This document shows positions 38,410 through 46,902 of a stretch of DNA of 64,000 bases, piece after piece (within the stretch, counting starts at the first letter, position 1; every line of letters starts with the position of its first letter). The DNA comes from Candidatus Beckwithbacteria bacterium CG10_big_fil_rev_8_21_14_0_10_34_10 (GTDB lineage: Bacteria > Patescibacteriota > Microgenomatia > UBA1400). The position numbers were made by a program, and so were the translations under genes. Under the pieces are notes generated by a model. It searched no databases, had not been told where the DNA came from, and saw only the letters and a list, made by a program, of their open reading frames with translations. The stretch is taken from assembly GCA_002773945.1 (NCBI GenBank), contig PEZT01000010.1:4028-68027 (forward strand), in the 5' to 3' direction.

Positions 38410-39945
38410 TTAGAGTTTAATAATCCTAAAAGATACTGAACCATCTGGAAAATATATCTCCTTCTCTATTTTAGCCCGTGGGGGAATAGATTCCAATGGA
38501 ACTTCTTTAGGAGTGGCAACCAGCAGGACTTTACTAAGGTTTTTATCTTTTTGCCAATTAATCTCTCTAAACTGATACTTGCCTAATTTCTCCTGCCAAA
38601 TCTCTAAAGGTTTTAACTTTTGATAAAACTGAATAAAAATATGAGGCTGACCATACTCTAAAGTAATAATAATCTTTTCCACTTCATTTTCTTTAGTTTC
38701 TACATATTGAACCATTTCTTTATAGCCATATTGCCAATCAGGGGCGGCATAAACCGGCAAACGAACATAATAGGAATATAAATAGTAGCCGATGTTTGTA
38801 ATATAAAAAAGAAAAAATAAAACATAAAAAACCTTCTTATATCTTTTACTTTCAAAAAAATTAAATAGCCTTTTTATTCCTAAACTAATAACAATCATTA
38901 AGGGGATTAATAAATTAGAAGCTCTCAAGCTATGAGGAGCCTCAATAGTAATTATGGCTGGTATTGGCGCTAGAAAAATCCAAGTTAATAATAATTTGGC
39001 CCACTTTTCTTTCTTTTGTTTAAGTAAAAACCAAAATCCAATTAATAAAAACGGGGCTTCAATAAAATAAAATAAGCCATTGCTTTTCATTTTATTGCGA
39101 AAATTGTCATTATTCCCAAAAAATAAAAATTGGGGGGAAAAGTGAACCAAATAACTTTTTCCAATTTCGCCTATTAACTTAAAATCAAATGGTTTTTTCC
39201 CACCTTCCTTAGTGTAAAAAATACCTGTGCTGGTAAATCTGGCCCCTGCTTCTCCGCCTAAATGGATTTTTAATAAAGGCAGGCTCAATAACAAGGCTAA
39301 AAAAAAGCTTAAGCTTAAATATCTTATATTCTCTTTTTTAAATATTTTATGCCAATAAATAATTCCTAAACCAACTAAAAAGAAAGGCAGAAAAAGTTTA
39401 GGGCTATGATAAGAATACATTGCCAGCATAAAACTTAAACTAGACAGAATAAAAAACATGGGTTTTTTTAAACCTTTTAAAAACATTAAAACCCCCGTTG
39501 TTACCCAGAAAAAAGCTAGATTTGGTTCAAAAGCAGGCCTGGAAAACTGAAGATGCCAGGGACTTATAGCCATTAAAAAACCAGTAATTAGGGAAATTTT
39601 ATTATTTTTAAATAACTCTTTTACTAATAAATAAACCACGATAGCTGTAAAAAAACTAATTAGAGCCGAAGGAAAACGAACCGCCCATTCATTTAAACCA
39701 AAAATGCCGACAAAAGGAACGGTCAAATAAACTAAAAGAGGCGATTTATAATCACCAAAAGACTTAAAAGCAAAGGGAAGCCTAAAACCAAACTCATCTT
39801 TTCCGGTTTTCCAAATGGAATAAGCATTGTAACCAATAGCAGTTTCATCCCAACTTAAGCTAGGAGGAACTTTATTTAAACGATAAAAGCGGAGAAAAAA
39901 AGCCAAAATTAAAATAACTAATAGAAAAATCTTTTCCTTTTTCAT
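38410..39945 (-). CDS. PMT_2/GT39-GT83-like GT-C glycosyltransferase, tandem paralog 5
   Basis: LSWDETAIGYNAYSIWKTGKDEFGFRLP and PWHLQFSRPAFE motifs. Confidence 0.65.
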   Translation of the reverse strand: MKKEKIFLLVILILAFFLRFYRLNKVPPSLSWDETAIGYNAYSIWKTGKDEFGFRLPFAFKSFGDYKSPLLVYLTVPFVGIFGLNEWAVRFPSALISFFTAIVVYLLVKELFKNNKISLITGFLMAISPWHLQFSRPAFEPNLAFFWVTTGVLMFLKGLKKPMFFILSSLSFMLAMYSYHSPKLFLPFFLVGLGIIYWHKIFKKENIRYLSLSFFLALLLSLPLLKIHLGGEAGARFTSTGIFYTKEGGKKPFDFKLIGEIGKSYLVHFSPQFLFFGNNDNFRNKMKSNGLFYFIEAPFLLIGFWFLLKQKKEKWAKLLLTWIFLAPIPAIITIEAPHSLRASNLLIPLMIVISLGIKRLFNFFESKRYKKVFYVLFFLFYITNIGYYLYSYYVRLPVYAAPDWQYGYKEMVQYVETKENEVEKIIITLEYGQPHIFIQFYQKLKPLEIWQEKLGKYQFREINWQKDKNLSKVLLVATPKEVPLESIPPRAKIEKEIYFPDGSVSFRIIKL

Positions 39946-40715
39946 GACGAGAATCTACCTAATCTTATTACTAATTTAAAAGCAATTAAAATAGGCTCAA
40001 AAAAATCTTTCCAGGATAGCTTAGATTTACCGGCTCTCCGATCAACAAACACAATCGGCATTTCCTTAACTTTAAACCCGGCTTTAAGAACTCTAAAAAT
40101 TGACTCCATGGAAATGGCCAAACCTTTTTTGGAAAAAAACTGATTAACTTTAATCTTTTCTAAAACATTGCCTTTATAAACTTTATATCCTGAACCCATA
40201 TCTTTAAGCTTAATTCCTAAAACTAACCTTAAAAAAACTCCAGAAAGCTTGGAAACAAAGGTCCTAAAAGGATCTCGGTTCGCATCAGACCCCCCCTTAA
40301 TAAAACGGGAGCCTAAAATTACATCACTCTCCCCTTTTTCTAATTCCCGTAAAAATTGAGGAATATATTTAGGTTGATGAGAAAAATCAGCATCCATTTC
40401 AATAATAACATCAGCTTTTTTATTTAAACAAAATCTAAAACCATCTTTTCCCGCTAAAGCCCTTCCCCTGGGCGGCTGACGGTGAACCACCTTAACATTT
40501 TTATATTTTCCAGCCAAAGCATCAGCTATTTTGCTCGTTTTATCTAAAGAAGCATCATTAATAATAACAATATGAAGATGAGAAACCTTTAATCCTAAAA
40601 TCTTCCTAACTAAAGGCTCTAAATTCTCCTCTTCATTATGACATGGTAAAAACAACCAGATATTTTTAAAAATATACTTTTTTGTTAAACCCTGACTATA
40701 TTTTCCTTTTTTCAT
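39942..40715 (-). CDS. GT2 polyprenyl-phosphate sugar synthase (Dpm1-like), translationally coupled to the heptose pathway
   Basis: LPCHNEEENL, IINDASLDKT, EMDADFSHQP and SGYKVY motifs. Overlaps the upstream nucleotidyltransferase by 20 nt. Confidence 0.7.
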   Translation of the reverse strand: MKKGKYSQGLTKKYIFKNIWLFLPCHNEEENLEPLVRKILGLKVSHLHIVIINDASLDKTSKIADALAGKYKNVKVVHRQPPRGRALAGKDGFRFCLNKKADVIIEMDADFSHQPKYIPQFLRELEKGESDVILGSRFIKGGSDANRDPFRTFVSKLSGVFLRLVLGIKLKDMGSGYKVYKGNVLEKIKVNQFFSKKGLAISMESIFRVLKAGFKVKEMPIVFVDRRAGKSKLSWKDFFEPILIAFKLVIRLGRFSS

Positions 40716-41403
40716 AATCCTCTCTTACCTTTTTTAATCTTTCCGGTGTCCCCATATCCTTAGAATACTCATTGGAATAATAAACATAAAGTTTTTTGTT
40801 TTTTTTTAAAAGATCAGGAATTAATTCTTTTTCTAATGAATATTTAATATTCTGAGGAATATATTTTAAAACTTTAGGTTCAAATATATGGGTTCCACTT
40901 TTAGAAACTGGTTTAAACTTATCTCCCATTTTAGGCCTAAAGAACTTTAAAACTTTAAAGTTCTTATCATATGAAACTAAATCAGAATCATAAGGATGAT
41001 CAGTCTGGTGAACAATAAAAGTTCCGAGACCTCCATTTTTTTTATGAAACTTAGCCATTTTTCTTAAGTTTAAACTAGTCATGACATCTCCGTTTAAAAC
41101 AAAAAAAGTTTCATTTAAATATTTTTCCGCTACTTTTAAAGCTCCTGCTCCACCCATAATGGTCTTTTCATAAGAATAAACAATCTTTACTCCCCACTTT
41201 TTTCCATCCCCAAAGTATTCTCTGACTTTGTTCGGAAAATGGTGAAGATTAATAATAATATCCTTAAAGCCATACTGAGAACATAAAATCACTAAATGTT
41301 CTAAAACAGGCTTATCACCAATTTTAACTAAAACTTTAGGAATTTTATTAGTTAATGGCCTTAATCTCGTTCCTAGGCCAGCCGAAAGGATAAAGACTTT
41401 CAT
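40696..41403 (-). CDS. hddC: sugar-1-phosphate nucleotidyltransferase, HddC-like (D-glycero-alpha-D-manno-heptose-1-phosphate guanylyltransferase candidate)
   Basis: N-terminal MKVFILSAGLGTRLRPLTNKIPKVLVKIGDKPVLEHL. Short (235 aa) NTP_transferase without a beta-helix tail. Sits in an operon with gmhA, hddA and gmhB. Confidence 0.6.
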   Translation of the reverse strand: MKVFILSAGLGTRLRPLTNKIPKVLVKIGDKPVLEHLVILCSQYGFKDIIINLHHFPNKVREYFGDGKKWGVKIVYSYEKTIMGGAGALKVAEKYLNETFFVLNGDVMTSLNLRKMAKFHKKNGGLGTFIVHQTDHPYDSDLVSYDKNFKVLKFFRPKMGDKFKPVSKSGTHIFEPKVLKYIPQNIKYSLEKELIPDLLKKNKKLYVYYSNEYSKDMGTPERLKKVREDYEKRKI

Positions 41404-42011
41404 AACTTCTCCTTTTTAATAATAAAATCAACGGCTTTTTTTAAATCTTTTAAAACAAAGTCTGGCTTAGCCTGATAAACTTCATCTTTGCCCGCATGGC
41501 CAGTTTTAACCAAAATTGTCTTGGCTCCAACTGCTTGACCCATTAATATATCTCTGGCCGCATCCCCAACTACATAAGACTTTTTTAAGTTTAACCCAAA
41601 CAGCTTTTTAACATAATTAAGCATCCCCGCTTTAGGCTTTCTCCAAGAACAATTAAGAATCATTTTTTTATCATAAGCTGTTGGATGATGAGGGCAAAAT
41701 AAAATAACATCTAAAAAGGCCCCTTTTTTATCTAACTGACTCTTTAAATATTCATTTATCTTTATGACTTTTTTAACTGAACAAATCCCTCGGGCAATTA
41801 CTGAAGCATTGTGATGAATAATGATTGGAATATTATACTGATTTAATATTTTAATGGCTTTAAAAACAAAAGGATAAATTTTAAAATCTTTGATTTTATA
41901 AACTAAATGTCTTTCCTCATTAATAACTCCATCTCTATCAATAAAAACACCCCAGTCTCGTTGAGGTTTAAAACCTTTTCTTATATCAACCGGGTGAGAA
42001 GAATTTTTCAT
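41400..42011 (-). CDS. gmhB: D-glycero-D-manno-heptose-1,7-bisphosphate phosphatase (HAD IIIA, GmhB-like)
   Basis: HAD motif I FIDRDGVIN and the GmhB zinc-site signature CPHHP...C.WRKPKAGM. Confidence 0.7.
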   Translation of the reverse strand: MKNSSHPVDIRKGFKPQRDWGVFIDRDGVINEERHLVYKIKDFKIYPFVFKAIKILNQYNIPIIIHHNASVIARGICSVKKVIKINEYLKSQLDKKGAFLDVILFCPHHPTAYDKKMILNCSWRKPKAGMLNYVKKLFGLNLKKSYVVGDAARDILMGQAVGAKTILVKTGHAGKDEVYQAKPDFVLKDLKKAVDFIIKKEKL

Positions 42012-42015
42012 ACTT

Positions 42016-43023
42016 TTATTTTTCCCAAACTTTTAAACCATTAAAATCAAACTCAAAGTCTATCTTTTTAACATCCTCTTTTCTTAAAACTTTTTCTAAT
42101 TTATCTTGTTTTTCCGGTGGGCAGAAAAAAAACATATGGCCACCTTCACCAGCCCCCATTATTTTCCCCCCTCGAGACCCGTTTTTCTTAGCTAATTCAT
42201 AAAGGTCATTGACCCTTGAGTTGGCAATCTTAGGATTACTTCTTTTCTTAAAATCCCAGGCTTCATCTAATATTTCCCCAATTAAATTAAAATCCTCCTT
42301 CTTCCAGGCTTTAATCATTTTATTAACTCCTCTTTTTAAACCTTTTAAAGCCTCAATTTTTTCCTCCTCTTTCATTCCCGCGCTTAGATTTTTTTGCAGC
42401 TTACCAGAATGACGCTTGCCACCAATATAGAAAAGAATCATCCATTTTCTAATCCGTTTAATTAAATCTTTGGGGAAAAACAGGGGAATAACCCCAATCG
42501 ATTCTTTAGCCCCAAAAGTTAAAAGATTAATTCCTCCAAAAGCAGCGGCTAGTTGATCTTGCTTTCCGCCTGACCATTTAAGCTCCTGGGTCTCCATTCT
42601 CCAGGCTAGATAAGCCATTTCCATCCGGCTTAAACCCCGCTTTAACCAATGACTAAAGACAGCAATCATGGCTACTCCGGCACTGCCAGAACTACCCAAT
42701 CCTCCCAAACTTTCTCCTTGAAACTCTACTTTTAATTTAAAGCCTGATTTTATTAAAGGTTTAAAATAATTAATAATGGCATAAACCAAATCAAAATCTT
42801 TTTCTTTACCATAAATTAAATCTTTTTTTAAATCTTTTTCTATAGTTTTCCCTAAAGCTTCAATATATATCTTTTCTTCCTTTATGGGTTTTAAACTAAC
42901 CTGATGATATAAATTTATCGCCAGAGAAAAAACCTTACCACCAAAGTCAGCCGCAAAAGGATTAACATCAGTTCCTCCGCCAATCAATCCAATTCTAACG
43001 GGCGTTTGAGAAAATATTTTCAT
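42016..43023 (-). CDS. hddA: GHMP-family sugar kinase, HddA-like D-glycero-alpha-D-manno-heptose-7-phosphate kinase
   Basis: N-terminal PVRIGLIGGGTDVNPFAADFGG and GHMP ATP-binding motif GLGSSGSAGVAMIA. Confidence 0.65.
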   Translation of the reverse strand: MKIFSQTPVRIGLIGGGTDVNPFAADFGGKVFSLAINLYHQVSLKPIKEEKIYIEALGKTIEKDLKKDLIYGKEKDFDLVYAIINYFKPLIKSGFKLKVEFQGESLGGLGSSGSAGVAMIAVFSHWLKRGLSRMEMAYLAWRMETQELKWSGGKQDQLAAAFGGINLLTFGAKESIGVIPLFFPKDLIKRIRKWMILFYIGGKRHSGKLQKNLSAGMKEEEKIEALKGLKRGVNKMIKAWKKEDFNLIGEILDEAWDFKKRSNPKIANSRVNDLYELAKKNGSRGGKIMGAGEGGHMFFFCPPEKQDKLEKVLRKEDVKKIDFEFDFNGLKVWEK

Positions 43024-43640
43024 TTAATCTCCAATCCTTTATCAGAAAAAAGGAGCTGTTCCATGACATCACAAATGGCATGAAAAGCAGCTACATGCCC
43101 TTCTTGAATGTGAGTAACATCTTGGGCTGGGATATTAACAATAATATCAGCTAATTTTTGTTTAATAATCACTCCTCCGCTACCTCCTAAAAAAGCAATT
43201 GACTTAACCCCTCTTTTTTTAGCTAACTTAAATCCATTAACAATATCTGGTGAATTACCACTGGTAGTAATGCCAATGACTAAATCCTCTGGCTTAGCTA
43301 AAGCTTCCAGTTGACGGGAAAAAATATGCTCAAAACCCAGATCATTAGAAACAGCGGTTAAAACAGAACTATCAGTTGTTAAAGCATGAGCTGGTAGCGG
43401 GAAACGGTATTCAAACCTATGATTAGTTCGAAGCATACATAAAAGCTCTCCTGCTATATGCTGAGCATCAGCCGCACTCCCGCCATTCCCAAAGGTGTAA
43501 ACCACTCCACCTTTTTTATAATAGGTTTCCACAATTGCCAAAGCGGCTTGTTTTATTACTTCTACATTTTTCTTAACCATTTCTTCTTTAGTTTTAATAC
43601 TCATTCTTAAATGATTTTTTATTCTGTCGTTAATATTCAT
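43020..43640 (-). CDS. gmhA: phosphoheptose isomerase (SIS domain, GmhA-like)
   Basis: Motif TFGNGGSAADAQHIAGEL and SIS-domain architecture (206 aa). Confidence 0.75.
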   Translation of the reverse strand: MNINDRIKNHLRMSIKTKEEMVKKNVEVIKQAALAIVETYYKKGGVVYTFGNGGSAADAQHIAGELLCMLRTNHRFEYRFPLPAHALTTDSSVLTAVSNDLGFEHIFSRQLEALAKPEDLVIGITTSGNSPDIVNGFKLAKKRGVKSIAFLGGSGGVIIKQKLADIIVNIPAQDVTHIQEGHVAAFHAICDVMEQLLFSDKGLEIK

Positions 43641-44341
43641 TTTCCCTCCATTCTCTTTAAAACTTGAATCGCCTTTTTATATGATTCAGGTGAACCAATA
43701 TCCAAATAGTCCTTAATTGGGTAACCTACTAACTTGTATTTCTTCTCAATTAAAAGGGGAAATAAATCTTTTTCCAAAGAGGCTCGCTCCCCTTTTTTTA
43801 AAAACTTTAAAACAGAAGGCTTGAAAATATAAGCGCCGGCATTATTATAACCCTTTCCTTTTTGATGACCAATAATTTCCTTAAATTCTTTAACTGTTTT
43901 GTCTTTATTCAAAACAATCAGGCCACCCCTACCTTGAAACTTTTTAGCAACCGCAATAGTCACATCCGCCTTTTTTTCCTGATGATATTTTAAAAAATCA
44001 AAAAAGTCTAAATCAATAAAAGTATCCCCATTTAAGACCAAAAAATCCTCATTAAAAAAGCTCTGGGCATACTTAATTGTCCCGGCTGTTCCTAAAGGTC
44101 GGTTATCAATTGAATAAGCAATATTAACTCTCAAGTTTTTCCCATCACCAAAATAATCAACAATATAATCTGATAAATAACCAACAGCCAAAACAATATC
44201 TTTAACTCCTTTTTTCTTAAGATTATTAATTAAGTGTTCTAAAAAGGGTTTACCGGCAATTGGCGCCATTGGTTTTGGTCGACCATGAATCATCTCCCGA
44301 AGTCTAACTCCAAAACCAGCGGCTAAAATTAATGCTTTCAT
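43637..44341 (-). CDS. second sugar-1-phosphate nucleotidyltransferase (HddC/ManC-like), first gene of the heptose operon
   Basis: MKALILAAGFGVRLREMIHGRPKPMAPIAGKPFLEHL. Paralogous to 40696-41403. Confidence 0.6.
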   Translation of the reverse strand: MKALILAAGFGVRLREMIHGRPKPMAPIAGKPFLEHLINNLKKKGVKDIVLAVGYLSDYIVDYFGDGKNLRVNIAYSIDNRPLGTAGTIKYAQSFFNEDFLVLNGDTFIDLDFFDFLKYHQEKKADVTIAVAKKFQGRGGLIVLNKDKTVKEFKEIIGHQKGKGYNNAGAYIFKPSVLKFLKKGERASLEKDLFPLLIEKKYKLVGYPIKDYLDIGSPESYKKAIQVLKRMEGK

Positions 44342-44374
44342 ATATTCCTCCTTTATATTTTTAAAAAAATAGGT

Positions 44375-45238
44375 CTAAATTCTTCTTTTCCTAAAAAATA
44401 ATTTAGGCAAAGAAGACAAAGCCCATAAAAATCCTATAAAAAACATTCCTTTTGATCTTATAGTAGTAAAAATTAAATGATATGGCAGCCACATAAAATG
44501 CTCTAAAAGTTTAACTCCTCTAATATTTTTCCAAACAAAAAGAATCTGATTTTTATAAGCGGCTATCTCCATTCGTATTTTCCCCAACTCTTTAAGATTA
44601 GTGGTTTCATGATTGTGATAAACTACTGATTTTGGTTCAAACAAAATCTTAAAGCCCTTTTTCCTGGCTCTAAAGCAAAGGTCAATATCCTCCCAATAAG
44701 CTGGTTTAAATATAGAGTCCATTCCTCCTAGCTTAAAATACTTCTCTCTGTCAACCGCCATACTGCCTCCAAAAGTCCAATAAGTGTCCTTTTTAGTTTG
44801 GTCTTTGGATCTTTTGTGAACCAAAAAGCCTCTTTTAAACTCCGCCTCATTTCTCCCGGAAATTACTTTTTTCCCTTCCTTTTCTTCTATTTCCTGACAA
44901 CCAACTGAAAAAACAATTTTATCTTTAAAATTCTCAATTAAGGGTTTTAAAAAGTCCTTTTCTGGAGAAACATCATTATTTAAAAGAATAACAATCTTCC
45001 CCTCGGCTTTTTTAAACCCAGAATTACAAACTCTGGCAAAACGAAGATTTTTTTTGTGTTCAACTAATTTAATCTGGGGAAATTTTGCTTTTAAGAAATT
45101 TACGCTCTCATCAGTCGAGCCATCATCAACCACAATAATCTCACAACCTGGACAAGCTAAAATAACCTGAGGCAGGTTTTTTTCTAAAAGATCTTTACCA
45201 TTAAAGCTAGGAATAACAACTGATATTTCTTTCATCAT
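44375..45238 (-). CDS. GT2 family glycosyltransferase
   Basis: ISVVIPSFNGKDLL, VVDDGSTDES and LLNNDV motifs. Confidence 0.75.
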   Translation of the reverse strand: MMKEISVVIPSFNGKDLLEKNLPQVILACPGCEIIVVDDGSTDESVNFLKAKFPQIKLVEHKKNLRFARVCNSGFKKAEGKIVILLNNDVSPEKDFLKPLIENFKDKIVFSVGCQEIEEKEGKKVISGRNEAEFKRGFLVHKRSKDQTKKDTYWTFGGSMAVDREKYFKLGGMDSIFKPAYWEDIDLCFRARKKGFKILFEPKSVVYHNHETTNLKELGKIRMEIAAYKNQILFVWKNIRGVKLLEHFMWLPYHLIFTTIRSKGMFFIGFLWALSSLPKLFFRKRRI

Positions 45239-46902
45239 TTAATTCTAAAAAATCCCAATTTCTCCCATTCTAACCACTGATTTTGGGAAATCTCCTTTAC
45301 TTTTTCTTTCTTTATATAAAGATTTTGTTCCACCTTAATCATTTTACCCTCTTCTTCTTGAAATCTCATTACCTGAGAGTAATTTTCTGCCATAGCTTTC
45401 TCCATTAAAGGTGAATAACGAGACGGCCCTACCTGGGGAAAATTATAATACAAAAACTCAGGCGGATCTTTTATAAAAACTTGATCCATTTCTTTTTTAA
45501 TGACTGGCACACCATAGCTCCAATCATAATAAACAATCTGCCTGCTAGCTGGCTTAAGACCTGATTGCCAATAGATTAAAGATTCATGAGGAAAAACAGC
45601 CAATCTATCACCCGGTGAAGCTATTGCCTTAGAAGCTATTCCCATTAAATAATAGGGATAATAGTTAATATTATGTTCTCTATTCTTATCTATTTTTTGT
45701 CTATAAGGCATATTAGAATTCAGTAAAAGACAAATTCCGGAAACTCCTAAAATTAAAACCGATAAAAATTTTCCAATACCTTTAATCTTTTTAAAAATTA
45801 ATTCAACCATTAACAAATCAAAAAATATTAAGGCTCCATACCAAGGTAAAAGATGAAAACCTTCATAATACATTTTACCAACTGTTAAAACCCGATTATT
45901 TAAAAGCAAAACTGAAACTAAAATTAAAAAATAAAAGAGGTAATTTTTTTTCTGACTAATTTTTTTTCCTTTATTATTAAAAAAATAGATAATAAAACAT
46001 CCAATTAGTAGAATTGAGAAAAACTTAATAAATGAACTTAAAACTGAAACTTCAGATTTAAAAAAAGATATTATTGGAAAAAGAAAAAGAATAAAATAGT
46101 CAGTTTTATTCTTTATAGAACTTAAAACCGGAACAACATACTTAAAATTGTAAAAAACTGTTTCTCTAAACCAATCTAAAGGAGAAATAAAAAGAAACAA
46201 AACAAAAGTTGGAACAATAAAACCAACTAAAGCCCTTTTTAATTCCTTGGTTTTAATAAAATATATAAGATTTAAAATAATTAAACTGGGAATTAAGGGC
46301 AAAAGATTAAAAACTACTAAAAAATTAGCCAAACCAAAAATTAAACTCTGCCATTTTTTCGGCTTAAAAGCATAAAAAACAACTCTAAAAGTTTGACCTA
46401 ATATAAAAAGCAAGGGATAAACTGCTAAAGACTCCATTAAAAGCAAATTGCCAAAAAGAAAAAACTTAGTTAATTCAAAAAACAAAGAAAACAATAAGAA
46501 AACCGGTCCAAAAACAAAAAATAAAACCAAGCTCCATGAAAAAGAATAAAGGAAGACCGCTTCTCTAGTCCTTTTAATTAAAAGAAATAAATTATCAGGT
46601 TTAAAGAATTTCTGGGTAAAACTACTGAAAAAATAAACTAAAGGCTGGTGATTAGAAGAAAGATCATCATAAAGTTTATAGCCTTTATTCATAAAATGAG
46701 CCAAAACTATGTGATCTTCTTCATCAACAAAATGAAAAGACTGACTAAATTTTTCAGTTAAAAAAAAGCTAAATAAAAATAATCCAATAAAAAGGATAAA
46801 ACTAAAAAGTTTTACTTTTCCAACTTTAATTTCTTTAATTCTATTTATAATTGTTATCATTAAAAACTTGGCTATTAGTGACCAAAATAATAGCTTTCCC
46901 AT
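45235..46902 (-). CDS. polytopic membrane protein with C-terminal soluble domain
   Basis: About 12 helices followed by a roughly 170-aa hydrophilic tail (YWQSGLKPASRQIVYYDWSYG...). Confidence 0.5.
   Translation of the reverse strand: MGKLLFWSLIAKFLMITIINRIKEIKVGKVKLFSFILFIGLFLFSFFLTEKFSQSFHFVDEEDHIVLAHFMNKGYKLYDDLSSNHQPLVYFFSSFTQKFFKPDNLFLLIKRTREAVFLYSFSWSLVLFFVFGPVFLLFSLFFELTKFFLFGNLLLMESLAVYPLLFILGQTFRVVFYAFKPKKWQSLIFGLANFLVVFNLLPLIPSLIILNLIYFIKTKELKRALVGFIVPTFVLFLFISPLDWFRETVFYNFKYVVPVLSSIKNKTDYFILFLFPIISFFKSEVSVLSSFIKFFSILLIGCFIIYFFNNKGKKISQKKNYLFYFLILVSVLLLNNRVLTVGKMYYEGFHLLPWYGALIFFDLLMVELIFKKIKGIGKFLSVLILGVSGICLLLNSNMPYRQKIDKNREHNINYYPYYLMGIASKAIASPGDRLAVFPHESLIYWQSGLKPASRQIVYYDWSYGVPVIKKEMDQVFIKDPPEFLYYNFPQVGPSRYSPLMEKAMAENYSQVMRFQEEEGKMIKVEQNLYIKKEKVKEISQNQWLEWEKLGFFRIK

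Noticed and set aside
40696-44341. Possibility that the SIS/GHMP/HAD/NTase set encodes an ADP-L-glycero-beta-D-manno-heptose (LPS-core type) pathway
   Set aside because: That route uses the bifunctional HldE (ribokinase-fold kinase fused to a cytidylyltransferase-like adenylyltransferase) and the SDR epimerase HldD. Here the kinase is GHMP-type (HddA-like), the nucleotidyltransferases are separate HddC-like genes, and no epimerase is present. This fits the GDP-D-alpha-D-heptose route.
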